From: Octopus vulgaris
Taxonomy: Eukaryota
Direction: 5' to 3'
Length of the DNA: 64,000 bases
Assembly: GCA_951406725.2 (NCBI GenBank)
Contig: OX597823.1
Location: 87,172,001-87,236,000, forward strand
Below the pieces are notes generated by a model. The model had not been told where the DNA came from. It was given only the letters and a program-made list of their open reading frames with translations, and made no database searches. This document shows positions 42,273 through 57,249 of this stretch, piece by piece. Position 1 is the first letter of the stretch. Every line of letters begins with the position of its first letter. The position numbers were made by a program, and so were the translations under genes.

Positions 42273-42326
42273 ATACTTTATAATTAGGGTTCAGCAAATA
42301 TTTGCTGAACCCTAATTATAAAGTAT
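42273..42326. repeat. Perfect 54-bp palindrome
   Basis: atactttataattagggttcagcaaat|atttgctgaaccctaattataaagtat. Confidence 0.95.
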
Positions 42327-42420
42327 TACTTAAGTTTACCGTGAAATGGCCCTTTTTCATGCCGAATTCTACTTGGTGAAATTATTGATTACTTTTTAAT
42401 TAATTAATTAAACCCTTTGT

Positions 42421-42487
<67 letters not shown>

Positions 42488-42490
<3 letters not shown>

Positions 42491-42650
42491 GTCAGGCTTC
42501 TTTCAGCTTCCGCCTACCAAATCCATTCACAGGGCATTGATCGGCCCAAGGCGATAGCAGAAGACACATACCCAAGGTGTCACACAGTGGGATTGAATCC
42601 GGAACCATGTGGTTGGTAAGCAAGCTGCTTACCACACACAGCCAATCCTG
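42488..42650 (-). mobile_element. SINE family A head (tail pieces at 41620-41832 and 42120-42160)
   Basis: Matches the family A head. Confidence 0.8.
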
Positions 42651-43846
42651 CGATCCTGCGATGCGTACATGTTTTATACATCATTGTTTAGACTCTAAAC
42701 TTTAGAGTGTAGTTAAAGACGCTAGTCAAACATGAAGGTCTCAGCAGAAAAAGTAGGACTGTCTTCCATCAGTTTCAGTCATAATTGCAACACCTATTTT
42801 GGTCCTAAGATGGACAAACATATCTTGACTATTGTAATAGATACATTATTATTACATGTTCAGTTTTCTTAGTTATGATTTTTTTTTTAAATTGATATAT
42901 GCAAAGGAACCGAAATTCACCTTACTCAGAGAGCCGCCAGACCTAGAACTGGCCCTGTTAAACCATTCTATCGAAATGTATGTTCTTGTGAGTTTTGCAG
43001 AAAAGGATATTAGTAGTTAGCTCAGAATATAAATATGTATGTATATTTATACATACACACACACACACACACACACATACACACACACATATATATAACA
43101 CATTCCTGTACAAATAGACATGATCACAAGCATATATCCTCACAAGCACATGCACACACACACACACACATACACACACACATACACACACACACACATT
43201 CACACACACATACACACACATACACACACATACACACATACACACATACACACACACACACATACACACACACACACACACACACATACACACATGCGCG
43301 CTCGCACATCACACTTCGATGGTAACAAACGCCATATCGGAAATAAAGTCTATTTATGAAGTAAAATACATTCAGAAGGGAAGGACATATTTTGCCGGCT
43401 GAATGAATGCTGGAAAAAATACCTAACGTAGCGACTTGTTTTGACTGTATTTTACCTCATACATGCATACATGCATACATACACACGTACATACATACAT
43501 ACACACATACGTGCATACATCTCTATCAATCCATGCTACATACATATATACATACATGCATATATAAATACATATACACATTGCATATGTAAATGTATAT
43601 ACGTATGCATAGACATAAATATATGTATGTATCTAACTATCTCTTTCTCTTCCTCCCTCTCTCTTTCTCTCTCTCTCTATATATATATAAAAACACACTC
43701 ACACACACAACACATACACACACACACACAAACATATATATATATACATATATACATATATACATACATATATACATATACATACATATACATACATATA
43801 TGTAAATGTATATATGTATATATAGACATATATACGTATGTATGTA

Positions 43847-43892
<46 letters not shown>

Positions 43893-43932
43893 AATACTCA
43901 CACACACATACTCACACACACAACACATACAT

Positions 43933-43986
<54 letters not shown>

Positions 43987-44670
43987 GTACATATACATAC
44001 ATATACATACATATACATACATATACATACATATATATATATATATTTACTGTATTTGAGTATTTTATGAAATTGCTAAATTGCATTAAAATTACCGAAG
44101 TTTGATCTTTTAACCTTATAAATACTTAACCAGTTGATATTAGTATCATGTTGACAGAGATGAGGTAATTTATTTCTAAAAATCGTGACCAAGAACTTGG
44201 CAAACAGCCAAGTGTCCTGGAATCCTGCAAGCAGCATTCATTTTTGCCTTTTCTTCGCAAGCCGGTTAAACACCTCCCAGCAGTATAATCTCAAATTATA
44301 TATGTATTCCGATAAAACCGATGCGTAAATGAATAACTGGTACTGTATCTCTGCAAAAAGATATAAGAGATCAAGAGAATAAGTTATTAAGTCTTGGCGA
44401 GAACAAGCAGCAAGAGAAAAAGATGGGCTGGCGGCTGGAAAAGGTTGACTAAGAGCAGCGGATTTTCGCTGCTGTTGGAACAGAAGTAGTCACGATGATA
44501 TCGTTGTATTAAAGCCGGAGATAAAATTGTGGCTGTGAAAACTATTTCAATTCGTTAACAGAACCTCAGGCAGTATGTTGTTTGTGGTGATTTATGATCA
44601 AAATATATTCCATCTTAGATAAAGCAATCTTATGTCTTGGTTTATAAAAGTATTTCTATGCATCTAGAAA

Positions 44671-44733
<63 letters not shown>

Positions 44734-44767
44734 CATTATTATCATTATTATTATTATTATTATTATT

Positions 44768-45280
44768 GAATGAGAGCAGCGCATGCTATCAAAATGACAC
44801 TAGGGTAAAATATACGAAGCCCAGTATACACTTCATGACTACCCGTCTGATAAGGGTACACCAGGCACATGCATCACAGCCATATGTGCGCGACATGGTG
44901 ATCTCATGTCAAGATAAACAGCACATGACCTTCTAAAATTTTCTTCTAGTCGAGTAGCCTATCCCGCTCAAAAGGTCCCTGAATAAAGATTGTTTAAGGA
45001 TGTTGAACGAACCACCCGTGTTTGCAAAGAGGAATTATCCAAACCTCTAAGAATTCCTTTCAACACATGGCAATGATGCTCCCCAACTATTTCTGCTCGT
45101 AATCAGAGATGCACATATCGTCAGCCACTAAGGGACATGGTCAACTGGTTAAGGTTAAAGAACTGACAAGCAAATCTGTGGTATTGAGCAGAATACTTGC
45201 TGTAGCCCATCTTTTATACCAAGACAAAACAATGTACGTGATAATACTTCCAACCAGTTAAGATGAGAAGCCATGAGAGC
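44768..45280 (-). mobile_element. ~550-bp TAA-associated repeat, copy 3 (slightly 5'-truncated)
   Basis: Homologous to copy 2, with long (ATT)n on both sides. Confidence 0.88.
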
Positions 45281-45281
45281 A

Positions 45282-45430
<149 letters not shown>

Positions 45431-45458
45431 CATTATCATTTTCATTATTATCATTATT

Positions 45459-45535
<77 letters not shown>

Positions 45536-45549
45536 CATCATCATTATTA

Positions 45550-45605
<56 letters not shown>

Positions 45606-45754
45606 TTGCTTTTTATCTCACAAGATATTGTAGTTTGAAGTTTTTACATTGCTTAAGTAATGTAATTTAACTAAAATTGTGAAGAATTATTCGACAGTTT
45701 CAGAGGCCATTGTTTTACATTTATTAATCATTTATCTTTTATGCTTCATCTCTT

Positions 45755-46426
45755 ACCTTCTACTTGTTCCAGTCATTAGAATGCGGCCACTCTGGGGCAC
45801 CGCCTTGCTGTATTTTCGCCTAACCTATTGATCCCTGTATTTATTTTTTAATCCTGGTACTTTTTCTAACAGTCGTTTTTGTTGAGCTGCTAAGTTACGA
45901 GAACGTTAACACACCAACGCCGGTTGTCAGACTGTCAGACACAAAAGCACACACGCATACACACACAGGTGTGTATGTATAGATATACAGGTGTATATAT
46001 ATATGTGTGTGTGTGTGTAGATATATATGTACGTATGTATGTATGCATGTATGTATGCATGTATGTATGTATGTATGTATGTATGTATGTGTGTATGTCT
46101 GTCTGTATGTATGTATGTATGCCTGTCTGTATGCATGAATGTATGTATGTATACAAATTTATATACACCAAAAATGGATACCGGAAAAGAATACATAAAA
46201 TCTGAACATGTTTCCTACCACGGAGCAAAGACTTCTAAACCAAAATAATTTTTCGTTAGAAGACAGTGGCTATCCCAGTTCGAACTGGAAGAGATCCCCC
46301 AGTATATACGTTTTGGTCGGTCTGAGGTTGTAGTAGAAGCTACTTGGCCAACATGCCACGCAGTGAGACCGAAGCCGGAGCCATGTGGCTGGGAAGCAAA
46401 CTTACTCTCATAGAACCACGCCTGCC
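45755..46426 (-). mobile_element. Diverged SINE family A (tail 45755-45960, head 46252-46426)
   Basis: Tail and head motifs are separated by an expanded (TATG)n tract. Confidence 0.65.
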
Positions 46427-46542
46427 CATTTGGGTAAACATATTTTGTATCACTGTTTTAGCTACGACAGATCATTGATGTGTTTCGTAGCCTATTAACA
46501 TTGGAACTTTGAGGTGTCGAGCTGGCAGAAGCGTTAGCACGG

Positions 46543-47484
<942 letters not shown>

Positions 47485-47498
47485 TGATGATGATGATG

Positions 47499-47559
<61 letters not shown>

Positions 47560-47567
<8 letters not shown>

Positions 47568-47775
47568 TATTCAGACAAATACATAACAAAAACACCAGGA
47601 CTTACAAACACATATAACATACAGAAAATTGCACTACTAGGCACTGCACACATCCTACGCAGAACACTTTCCATACAATAACCATCAGAGCATCACAACA
47701 AATCACAGCACATACCCAAGGCACACAGAGCTGCGCTCGGTAGTGAAGTGAAAGCACACTATAAAAATAAAACTA

Positions 47776-47780
<5 letters not shown>
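47560..47780 (+). mobile_element. R4/Dong-type LINE family C, extreme 3' end
   Basis: IQKIALLGTAHILRRTLSIQ* plus a distinct 3'UTR, with (TAA)n on both sides. Confidence 0.85.
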
Positions 47781-47859
<79 letters not shown>

Positions 47860-47860
<1 letters not shown>

Positions 47861-49364
47861 GAAAATAAAGTTGGGGTATGATCTGGGAAGGGGTAAAGGA
47901 AAACTGAACCACTTTCTATTCATGGACGACCTGAAGCTATTCACAAAAACTGAGGCAGAACTGGACAACCTATTCCAGTCTGTGCAGATTTTCTCCAGTG
48001 ATATTAAGATGGAGCTTGGACTCTCAAAATGTACCACGATGGTGATGAGACAAGGAAAGCTTGTCAAGACAGAAGGCACAAGGTTGACAAGTGGTGCAAT
48101 GATGAAGTGAATTCAACCTCAATCCAACTATAAATATTAGGGAATACTTGAGGCAGATGGAATCAAACTTAACATGAAAGAAAAGAAAAAAATAGTATAC
48201 CTGCAGAGAATGAGTAAAGTATTGGCTTCAAAACTGAATGCCAAAAACGAAATTTCGGCTATAAACTCGCGCGCAATCGCAGTAGTTCGGTATGGCGCTG
48301 GAATTTTGAAGTGGATAGAGGAGGAGCTAAATGAGATGGACAGGAAGTCAATTAAGTTTCTAACGATGCATGGAGCCCATCATCCACTGCAGACACTGAT
48401 CGCCTATACATAAAGAGACAAATGGAAGAGGGTCGATAAGTTTGAAAGACTGTGTGCGTATCGAACTCGAGAGTTTAATGAGATACCTAGCCCAAAGTAG
48501 GGAAACCTTGCTAGTGACAGTTAAGAACGAGGGAGTATTGAGAGCCGAGGAAATGGGAAAACAAAATACCATGAGGACAGGAAGAAGAATTTCGCAACAA
48601 GGAACTACACAATCAATTCCATGTAGCCACTGCAAAAGTTTCTGAAAAAGATGGGTGGGATTGGCAGATGAAAGGAAGACTAAAAAAAGTGACCGAGAGC
48701 ACTATAATGGCAGTGCAAGACCAAGCTTTTGCTACGAACTGAGAGGGATCAACCTGAGGAATGAGCAAATGTCTCCGCTGCACCGCATCTGCAATAGTGT
48801 TAATGAAACTTAGACTTACCCAAAACCACTACAATTTGTGGCGACACGATCAGGTAGTGAAAGTACTACATGAGAAACTGCGGAAAGTGGAGGCTGGAGA
48901 GAGGTATAAGCACAAGCCGCAGAGAATGGCGGTGTCTGTGACTAGGGAAACCTTCTGAGATATCCCAATCCAAATCAATCAGGCGCTAGAGCATAGCAGA
49001 CCGGTCCTAGCAGTGGTGGACAAGATGCATTGCGTATGCTATATAGTTGATGTTGCATGCCACTTTGACCCTCAAATAATCAAGAAGTTAAGCGAAAAGA
49101 TAGATAAATATAACACTCTCAAGTCGGAAATAGCCTGGTTATGGAAAATGAAAAAAGTAAAAATATTACCAAATATTGTTGGGTCCTTGAGAACAGTGTT
49201 AGAAGGCATCCAGGAGAATATAAAGGAAATTGAAATAGAGTGCCCAGTAGAACTCAGCCAGAGTAATCAGGAAAGTATTAGATAGCTGAACAGAACGAAT
49301 AGCATGGTGCAGTTGGCTGCAGGTAGCAAGCCCAGGATTTCCAACAAAACTTGTGATAAAGAGA
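47860..49364 (+). mobile_element. R4/Dong-type LINE family D, 5'-truncated, degenerate
   Basis: LNHFLFMDDLKLF, ELGLSKC, AINSRAIAVVRYGAGI, RHDQVVKVLH and YIVDVACHFD..EKIDKY, with (TAA)n on both sides. Confidence 0.85.
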
Positions 49365-49414
<50 letters not shown>

Positions 49415-49470
49415 CAACAACAACAACAACAACAACAGCAACAGCAGCAGAAGCAGCAGCAGCAACAACG

Positions 49471-49906
49471 CAAGATGGGCTACAGCAAATATTCTGCTCA
49501 ATAGTACAGATTTGCTTGTCAGTTGTTTGACCGTAATCATTTGAGTATGTCCCTCAATGGCTGACGATATGTGCATCTCTGATCACGAGCAGAAGTAGCG
49601 GGGGAGCATCATAGCCATGTGTTGAGAGGAACTTTTTGGAGTTTGCATAATTCACCTCTGGAAACATGAGTGCTTTGTTCAACATCCTTAACCAACCGTT
49701 ATTCAAGGAACATTTGAGCGGGACGGGCTACTTGACCTGGAGAAAATTCTAACTTGGCCCCACTTGCAAGGTCATGTGCTGTTTGTCTTGATATGTGATC
49801 TCCATGTCGCGCACATTTGGTTGTGATGCATGATCCTAGTGTACCTTTATCAGACCTGTAATCATGATGGGTATACTAGGTTTCGTATATTGTACCCCAG
49901 TGTCAC
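49471..49906 (+). mobile_element. ~550-bp TAA-associated repeat, copy 4 (truncated at both ends)
   Basis: Homologous to 24232-24665. Confidence 0.85.
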
Positions 49907-49912
49907 TACAAT

Positions 49913-50232
49913 TTGATACTTTCCTGATTATTCTGGCCGTGACAAGGAGGCAAACCTTTTGTAACAGCTCTACTGGGCACTCTATTTCAATTTCTTTTAT
50001 ATTCTCCTTGATGCCTTCTGATACTGTTCCCAAGGACCCAACAATATTTGGTATTATCTTTACTTTTTTCATTTTCCATAGCCGGGTTATTTCGTTCTTG
50101 TGAGGGTTGTATTTATCTATCTTTTCGCCTAACTTCTTGATTATTTGAGGGTCAAAGTGACATGCAATATCAACTATATAGCATACGTGATGCATCTTGT
50201 CCACCACTGCTAGGACCGGTCTGCTATGCTCT
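49913..50232 (-). mobile_element. Inverted duplicate of the REL domain of R4 family D (48988-49283)
   Basis: EHSRPVLAVVDKMH.VCYIVD.ACHFDPQIIKKL.EKIDKY is shared with the + copy. Confidence 0.88.
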
Positions 50233-50233
50233 A

Positions 50234-50698
50234 CTTTCAGCTCGAGTGTTATGGCCATGCTGGGGCACCGCCGTTAGATGTGCTACACTTTAATTGAAAC
50301 CTCCACTGATATGTGGTATTTGACGATTGAGGGAATTTGATGTTGCTGCACTCATTTCCATTTCATACATCGAAGCAAGTTTTTTCCAGAACTACTGACA
50401 GGAGGAGATCCAGTTACATCGTGAAGATACCTACATCCACACTATGAAGATCTGTCATGCGTTTTGAGAGATAACTGAAGCGCTGTGGATCCTTGAAATC
50501 CAAGCTGTTTCCAGTATCAAGTCCTGCAATTTGATGATACTGTTGGGATGATATCTTGCACTATGCAGTGGCGCCTCTTTATGCTGTTTGAGTGACGTTC
50601 AATGCCGTAATCTGGTACGAGTCCTTCCAAGATCTCCCAGATGAATGACACGGTATATCTTTCCCACCATCACTCCAGATGGCTAGTCTTAACTTCCT
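50234..50698 (-). mobile_element. CR1-group LINE 3' fragment, degenerate
   Basis: Minus-strand remnant WERYTVSFIWEILEGLVPDYGI resembles RRERY.II..WKILEGLVPN.GI. The 3' tail is ggcggtgccccagcatggcc...gctgaaag. Confidence 0.65.
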
Positions 50699-50973
50699 AA
50701 TAATAATAACAGCAATAATAACAACAACAACAACAACAACAACAACAATAATGTTCCGTCTTTTACTGAATACCTAACGATTCGTAGAATATACACAGGT
50801 GTATCCAAATTTGTTCACACTTACGTAGTTTTCGTGAAGGCTTCAAATATATATATACATCTATATGTTTGTATGTATGAATGTATATATATATGTATAT
50901 TTATATGTACATATATGTACGTATATATATATATGTACATATGTACATATATGTACACACACACACATACACA

Positions 50974-51060
<87 letters not shown>

Positions 51061-51771
51061 GTACTCGAATGTTCGTTTAAATACATCGATAGATCCAATA
51101 CATTTATACACACATAATCTCAAAGTAAATATAGTCGCATTGAAACGAGTGAACATTGGGAAAAAAAGGGGCTTTCTATACAAAATATTGTATAATGTAT
51201 CTATGTACAACTCAATGTAAATAAATCCTGCCTATTACTTCGTTGTGCAAGCGAATATTTACCTAAATACCGTTATATGAATACGTACGTGCGTACGTAT
51301 ATCTCTCTCTCTATATATATATATATACACACACACATACATTATTAACTGTGAGTATTGTAAAAAAGAATGACTAGGCGGCGTGTGCTAATATATAATG
51401 TGTATAGAAAAGTTGGTTGCTAATTTCATATTTCAATGTACTTAGCAAACAATGATAGTATTAAACATCCTTGAAAGTTGGAAAACGAAAAGAAAACGAA
51501 AGCATCCATTTTATTTTTGCTTTCATTTTATGTATCTTTTTGGTTGAGTTTTTTATGTAGCATTTTCTGAATATATATATATAAAAAAAAAAGGATTTTC
51601 CACTAGAAACCTAGGAGCTACTGGTGTGTATCGCTTGATGGGGATTGAATTAGAAGATCTTGTTTAATTCACATTGGCAGAAAACTGTTTTGCTTTCTAT
51701 TTTGTAGGCTTATTATTCGCAGAATATTTTGTTATTTCGTTAAATGCGTAACAAAAATGTAAATATATGTG

Positions 51772-51857
<86 letters not shown>

Positions 51858-51904
51858 TATACACATATATGTACATAAATATACACATATATTATAGATA
51901 TATC

Positions 51905-51961
<57 letters not shown>

Positions 51962-52036
51962 GTATATGTATATATATATATTCATATATGTATATATATA
52001 TATATATGTATATGTATATGTATATATATATATTCA

Positions 52037-52079
<43 letters not shown>

Positions 52080-52124
52080 ATATATATATATATGTATCTA
52101 TGTATGTTTGTGTGTGTGCATATA

Positions 52125-52162
<38 letters not shown>

Positions 52163-52217
52163 TACACCTGTATGTAAACATATTTATATATGGTAACATA
52201 TACATTCATATATTTGA

Positions 52218-52252
<35 letters not shown>

Positions 52253-52478
52253 ACTTTGTGTGTGTGTGTGTGTGCGTGTATCTGCGTATGTGTCTGTGTA
52301 TGTATAAAGCCCCACTACAACACTTACTCGGGCTTCTTTTCACTGTTAAAAGAAAATTTTCTCGTTCCTCTCAACTACTTTGAATAATTCGCATTCGTAA
52401 CGTACCTTACTTTTTCCTTTCTATTTTTTCATTCATTCATTCCTACATTTACTTGCATATATATACATATATACATAA

Positions 52479-52546
<68 letters not shown>

Positions 52547-52548
52547 AG

Positions 52549-52580
<32 letters not shown>

Positions 52581-52595
52581 GTGTGTGTAAGTATG

Positions 52596-52633
<38 letters not shown>

Positions 52634-53195
52634 TATATCAGTACTTATATATCTTTTCATTTGTTCTCTTCTTTTTCAGATCATATCCTTCTTTGATGAT
52701 CAGCATCAACAACGATAACAAGAAGAAAAATATAATCCACCTAGTCTTTCGTTGTCGCCGCACGTCCCTTCAAACCTGCTGTTAGGTGTAATAAAAAATA
52801 TAGAAAAAAAAGTAAAAGTATAAAATAAAAATAAAAAAGAGTTTACTATGTAATTAAATTCAGTAGGATTTCGGAATGTCCTCTGAATGGTCTTTCAGGT
52901 GACATCACAAACACCTGCGCATTTTTTTTTCTGTTTGCTGGTGTTTTTTTCTTTTTTTTTTTTCCCCTTTTTTTCTTTTTTTCATTTTTTTTGGCAATAG
53001 ATTTAGAGGAGAATTTTCTAGAGCTGAAATCACATACACAGATACAAATAAATATGTACAAACGTATATATACATTGCCACGCACACACGACGATTCGCT
53101 CAGAAGATACAATTGGTTACACACAATAATATAAATTCACACGTGGGCATACACTCCTAAATAGACACACACACAAACATACTTACATATACATA

Positions 53196-53247
<52 letters not shown>

Positions 53248-53701
53248 ACAGTAGATTTCTTTTCCCTTTTAATGTTGTCAGTAAGCTAAAAATATTCGAC
53301 GATAAGAATAAAACTGACATTATACAAGGATATGAAGTGATTTCAACATACATGTACACATATATGCTTACGCTTATCGCCGCTGCGCTGACACAGCATA
53401 GACGTCGTGTATAAACGGAAGGAGACGCATACTCAGTTATTCTTAAATAAGTGTATATATATATATATACACTATATATATATATAGTCACATTCAAAAA
53501 CCATGCCCATGCTCACTCTCAAAAACGTGTATGGTTATGCGTATGTTTCTGTATAAATATATATGCGTACATAAAAATATGCATTTATGCGTACATAATT
53601 TTAAAATATATTCGATAGGTATGTGTATGCGTTTGTGTAAGACAATATACATACATGCATGCATGTGTACATACATATATATATAATGCGTGGATATATT
53701 C

Positions 53702-53762
<61 letters not shown>

Positions 53763-53806
53763 ATAATTTAGAAAGATATATTTATGTTTGCCTGCTTGTG
53801 TGTGGG

Positions 53807-53882
<76 letters not shown>

Positions 53883-54273
53883 TGTGTGTGTGTATGTATC
53901 TACGTCCTTGAATATACAGCTTACGGGTTTTATTTACTTATTTATTTTTTTGTTCACAACGTTATTTCGACAGAAACCGACAAATTAATATGAGGAAAAA
54001 CGATATGTACACGACTGTAATTTCATAAAAGAAAAATGAAAATAAACAATGTAAAACATACGTAGAGCCGACTTTATGTATATACATATATCCATACACA
54101 CACACACACACACACACACACATAAATGCTTCTTTGCCGTTTAGACAAATATGTATATAGATTCTTTAAAGAAACGTATACACAGCTTAGACTCACGCTT
54201 CACTAAACATTTATTATGAACTTCCTCTTTATTCCGTGTATATACAGTAGGGAGACTGGTTTACCAATACCAC

Positions 54274-54323
<50 letters not shown>

Positions 54324-54489
54324 TTACATATATATATACATATACACTGCGTCCATACACACACACACATATATATATATATACATACATACATATATAC
54401 ATATATACATGTATGTATGTACGTATGCCTATATAAATAAATATATATATGTACACACAGAGAGAAACACGGATATATATATATATATT

Positions 54490-54665
54490 TCCCTCTGTCT
54501 TCCCTTCTCTGGATCTTTCCTTCTCCTATGTTTCCGACGAAGAGCTCCGCTCGAAACGTTAAACCCCTTCTTTACTTCTTTCCTGAGCGTCCAGTAATAC
54601 TATATTTGTTCCACGTCCTCGCGTTATTGTGTTTTTTTGTGCTTTCTTGTTTGGATTAACTTTAT
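54490..54665 (+). mobile_element. Probable Penelope terminal-repeat fragment inserted in (TA)n
   Basis: ~175 bp between TA tracts. It contains a minimal hammerhead-like motif and has a homologue at 12815-13000. Confidence 0.6.
54530..54564 (+). ncRNA. Minimal hammerhead-like motif
   Basis: gttt-CCGACGA-a-gagc tcc gctc-GAAAC-GTT-aaac: U4 to C variant, with a loopless palindromic stem III (aacgtt). Confidence 0.5.
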
Positions 54666-55445
54666 ATATATATATGTATATGTACATATACATACATATG
54701 TATATGCACATACATAGATACAGACATGTATACACACAAATACACACATATTTATATGAAAATATATATAGCTACATATATATATGCATGTATGCGTATG
54801 TATAGATAAATAGATTCGTATAGATATGTGTCTTTGTGCGTGTGTGTGTTTGTATACGTGTATGTGTGTATCAGTGTGCTTCATGTATGTGTATAAATAT
54901 TTGTATACATATATGTATATGTGTGGGGTGAATGTAAATGTAATATAGATTTAAATATATACACGCAGCCGCGCGCTCACACGCAAGTATGTATATAATT
55001 TGTTCACATATGACTGAGAATGTCCTGTAACAAAAACTATAGCTGCTAGATCAGTTCAATTTTTGTTTACACATTGGAAATATAATATATTATTGTTGCA
55101 GTTATTGTTGTTTTTCTTCCCCATTTCCTCTTCTCCTACTAATCTCCTACTTCTTCCACTTCTTCTCCTCTACTTCCTCTACTTTTTCTTCTTCTACTTC
55201 TTCTCCTTGTCCTACTTCTTCTCCTCCTCCTCCTCCTCCTTCTCCTCCTTTCTTCTTCTTTTTCTTCTTCCACTTCTTCTTCTTCTTCTTCTTCTTCTTT
55301 TTCTCCTTCTTCTTCTTCTCTACTTCTTCGTTTTCTTATTCTCCTATTCCTTCTTCCTCTTCTTCTCCTCTACTTCATCGTATTCTTCTTCTTCTCCTTT
55401 TTATTCTTCTTTTTCTCCTTTCTCTTCTTCGACTTCTTCTTCTTC

Positions 55446-55537
<92 letters not shown>

Positions 55538-55553
55538 GTAATTTTTATTATTA

Positions 55554-55762
55554 AGGCGGCAAGCTGGCAGAATCGTTAGCAGGCCCGGCGAAATGCTTAG
55601 CGGTATTTCGCTCGTCGCTACGTTCTGGGTTCAATTCCTCGGAGGTTGACTTTACCTCAATTTCGGAGTCGATAAATTAAGTACCAGTGCAACACTGGGG
55701 TTGATATAATCGATATTCCCCTCACCCAAAAATGTCTGCCCCTGTGGCAAAATTTGAAACCA
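55554..55762 (+). mobile_element. SINE family B, monomer
   Basis: aaggcggcaagctggcagaatcgttagc...ggttcaattcc...gtcgataaattaagtaccag. Confidence 0.85.
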
Positions 55763-55794
55763 TTATTATTATTATTGTGCTTATTATTATTATT

Positions 55795-56220
55795 ATCAAA
55801 GTGACACTGGGGTAAAATATACGAAGCCCAGTATACACATCATGACTACCTGTCTGATAAGGGTACACCAGGCACATATATGTGCGCGACATGGTGATCT
55901 CATATGAAGATAAGCAGCGCATGACCTTGCAGGTGGGCCTCAGTTAGAATTTTGTTCAGGGCGAGTAACCCAAAAGTTCTTGAATAAGATTTGTTTAAGT
56001 ATGTTGAACGAGGTGAATTATTCAAATCCCAAAGAGTTCCTCTCAACACATCGTTATGATGCTCCCCACTACTTCTGCTCGGGATCAGAGATGCACATAT
56101 CGTCAGCCTCTAAGGGACATACTCAACTGGTTAAGGTCAAGCAAATCTGTGGTATTGAGCAGAATATTTGATGCCGCCAATCTTTTATACCAAGACAAAA
56201 CAATGTACATGATGACACTC

Positions 56221-56221
<1 letters not shown>
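55795..56221 (-). mobile_element. ~550-bp TAA-associated repeat, copy 5 (internally deleted)
   Basis: Homologous to copy 6, with ATT flanks. Confidence 0.85.
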
Positions 56222-56311
<90 letters not shown>

Positions 56312-56841
56312 GAGTGAGAGAGCAGTTCATGCCATCAAAGTGACACTGGGGTAAAATATACGAAGCCCAATATACCCATCATGACTACCCGTCTGATAAA
56401 GGTACACCAGGCACATGCATCACAACCATATGTGCGCGACATGGTGATCTCATATCAAGATAAACAGCACATGACCTTGCAGGTGGGGCCCAGTTAGAAT
56501 TTTCTTCAGGTTGAGTAGCCCATCCCGCTCAAACGGTCCCTGAATAAGGGTTGTTTAAGGATGTTGAAAGAACCACCCATGTTTCCAGAGGTGAACTATT
56601 CAAACCCCAAAGAATCCCTCTCAACACATGGCTATGATGTTCCCCCACTACTTCTGCTCGTGATTAGAGATGCACATATCGTCAGCCACTAAGGGACATG
56701 CTCAACTGGTTAAGGTGAAACAACTGACAAGCAAATCTGTGGTATTGAGCAGAATATTTGCTGTAGCCCATCTTTTATACCAAGACAAAACAATGTACAT
56801 GATAACACTTCCAATCAGTTAAAATGAGAAGCCATGAGAGC
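56312..56841 (-). mobile_element. ~550-bp TAA-associated repeat, copy 6
   Basis: gagtgagagagcag...gccatgagagc between (ATT)n tracts. Confidence 0.9.
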
Positions 56842-56842
56842 A

Positions 56843-56905
<63 letters not shown>

Positions 56906-56923
56906 ATTGTTATTATTATTATT

Positions 56924-57249
56924 GGATGGTACCTGTCTAAGTGCTGACCTTTGAGTCGGAGAGAAGGAATTGGAGAGGGCCCTTGCTCCTGTTGTTTCAG
57001 AGAAATAACGGACAGTGGGGTTCCTCGATTATCCCTAGAGGCCTTCCTGTATCAGGAAGGCCGCATCTCTATCACCCTCCTCGCCAGTCGTTTTATTTTT
57101 CATATCTAAAATTTATTTTATTTTATTTATTTTATTTTTTAACCTTTGTAACCTTTGTAACCTTTTACACTTTCTTTCTTTCATTCATTTTTAAAAAATC
57201 ATTTTGTATTGTCCCCCTCATCCTTCACCCTTGTGGCAAATAAAAGAAA

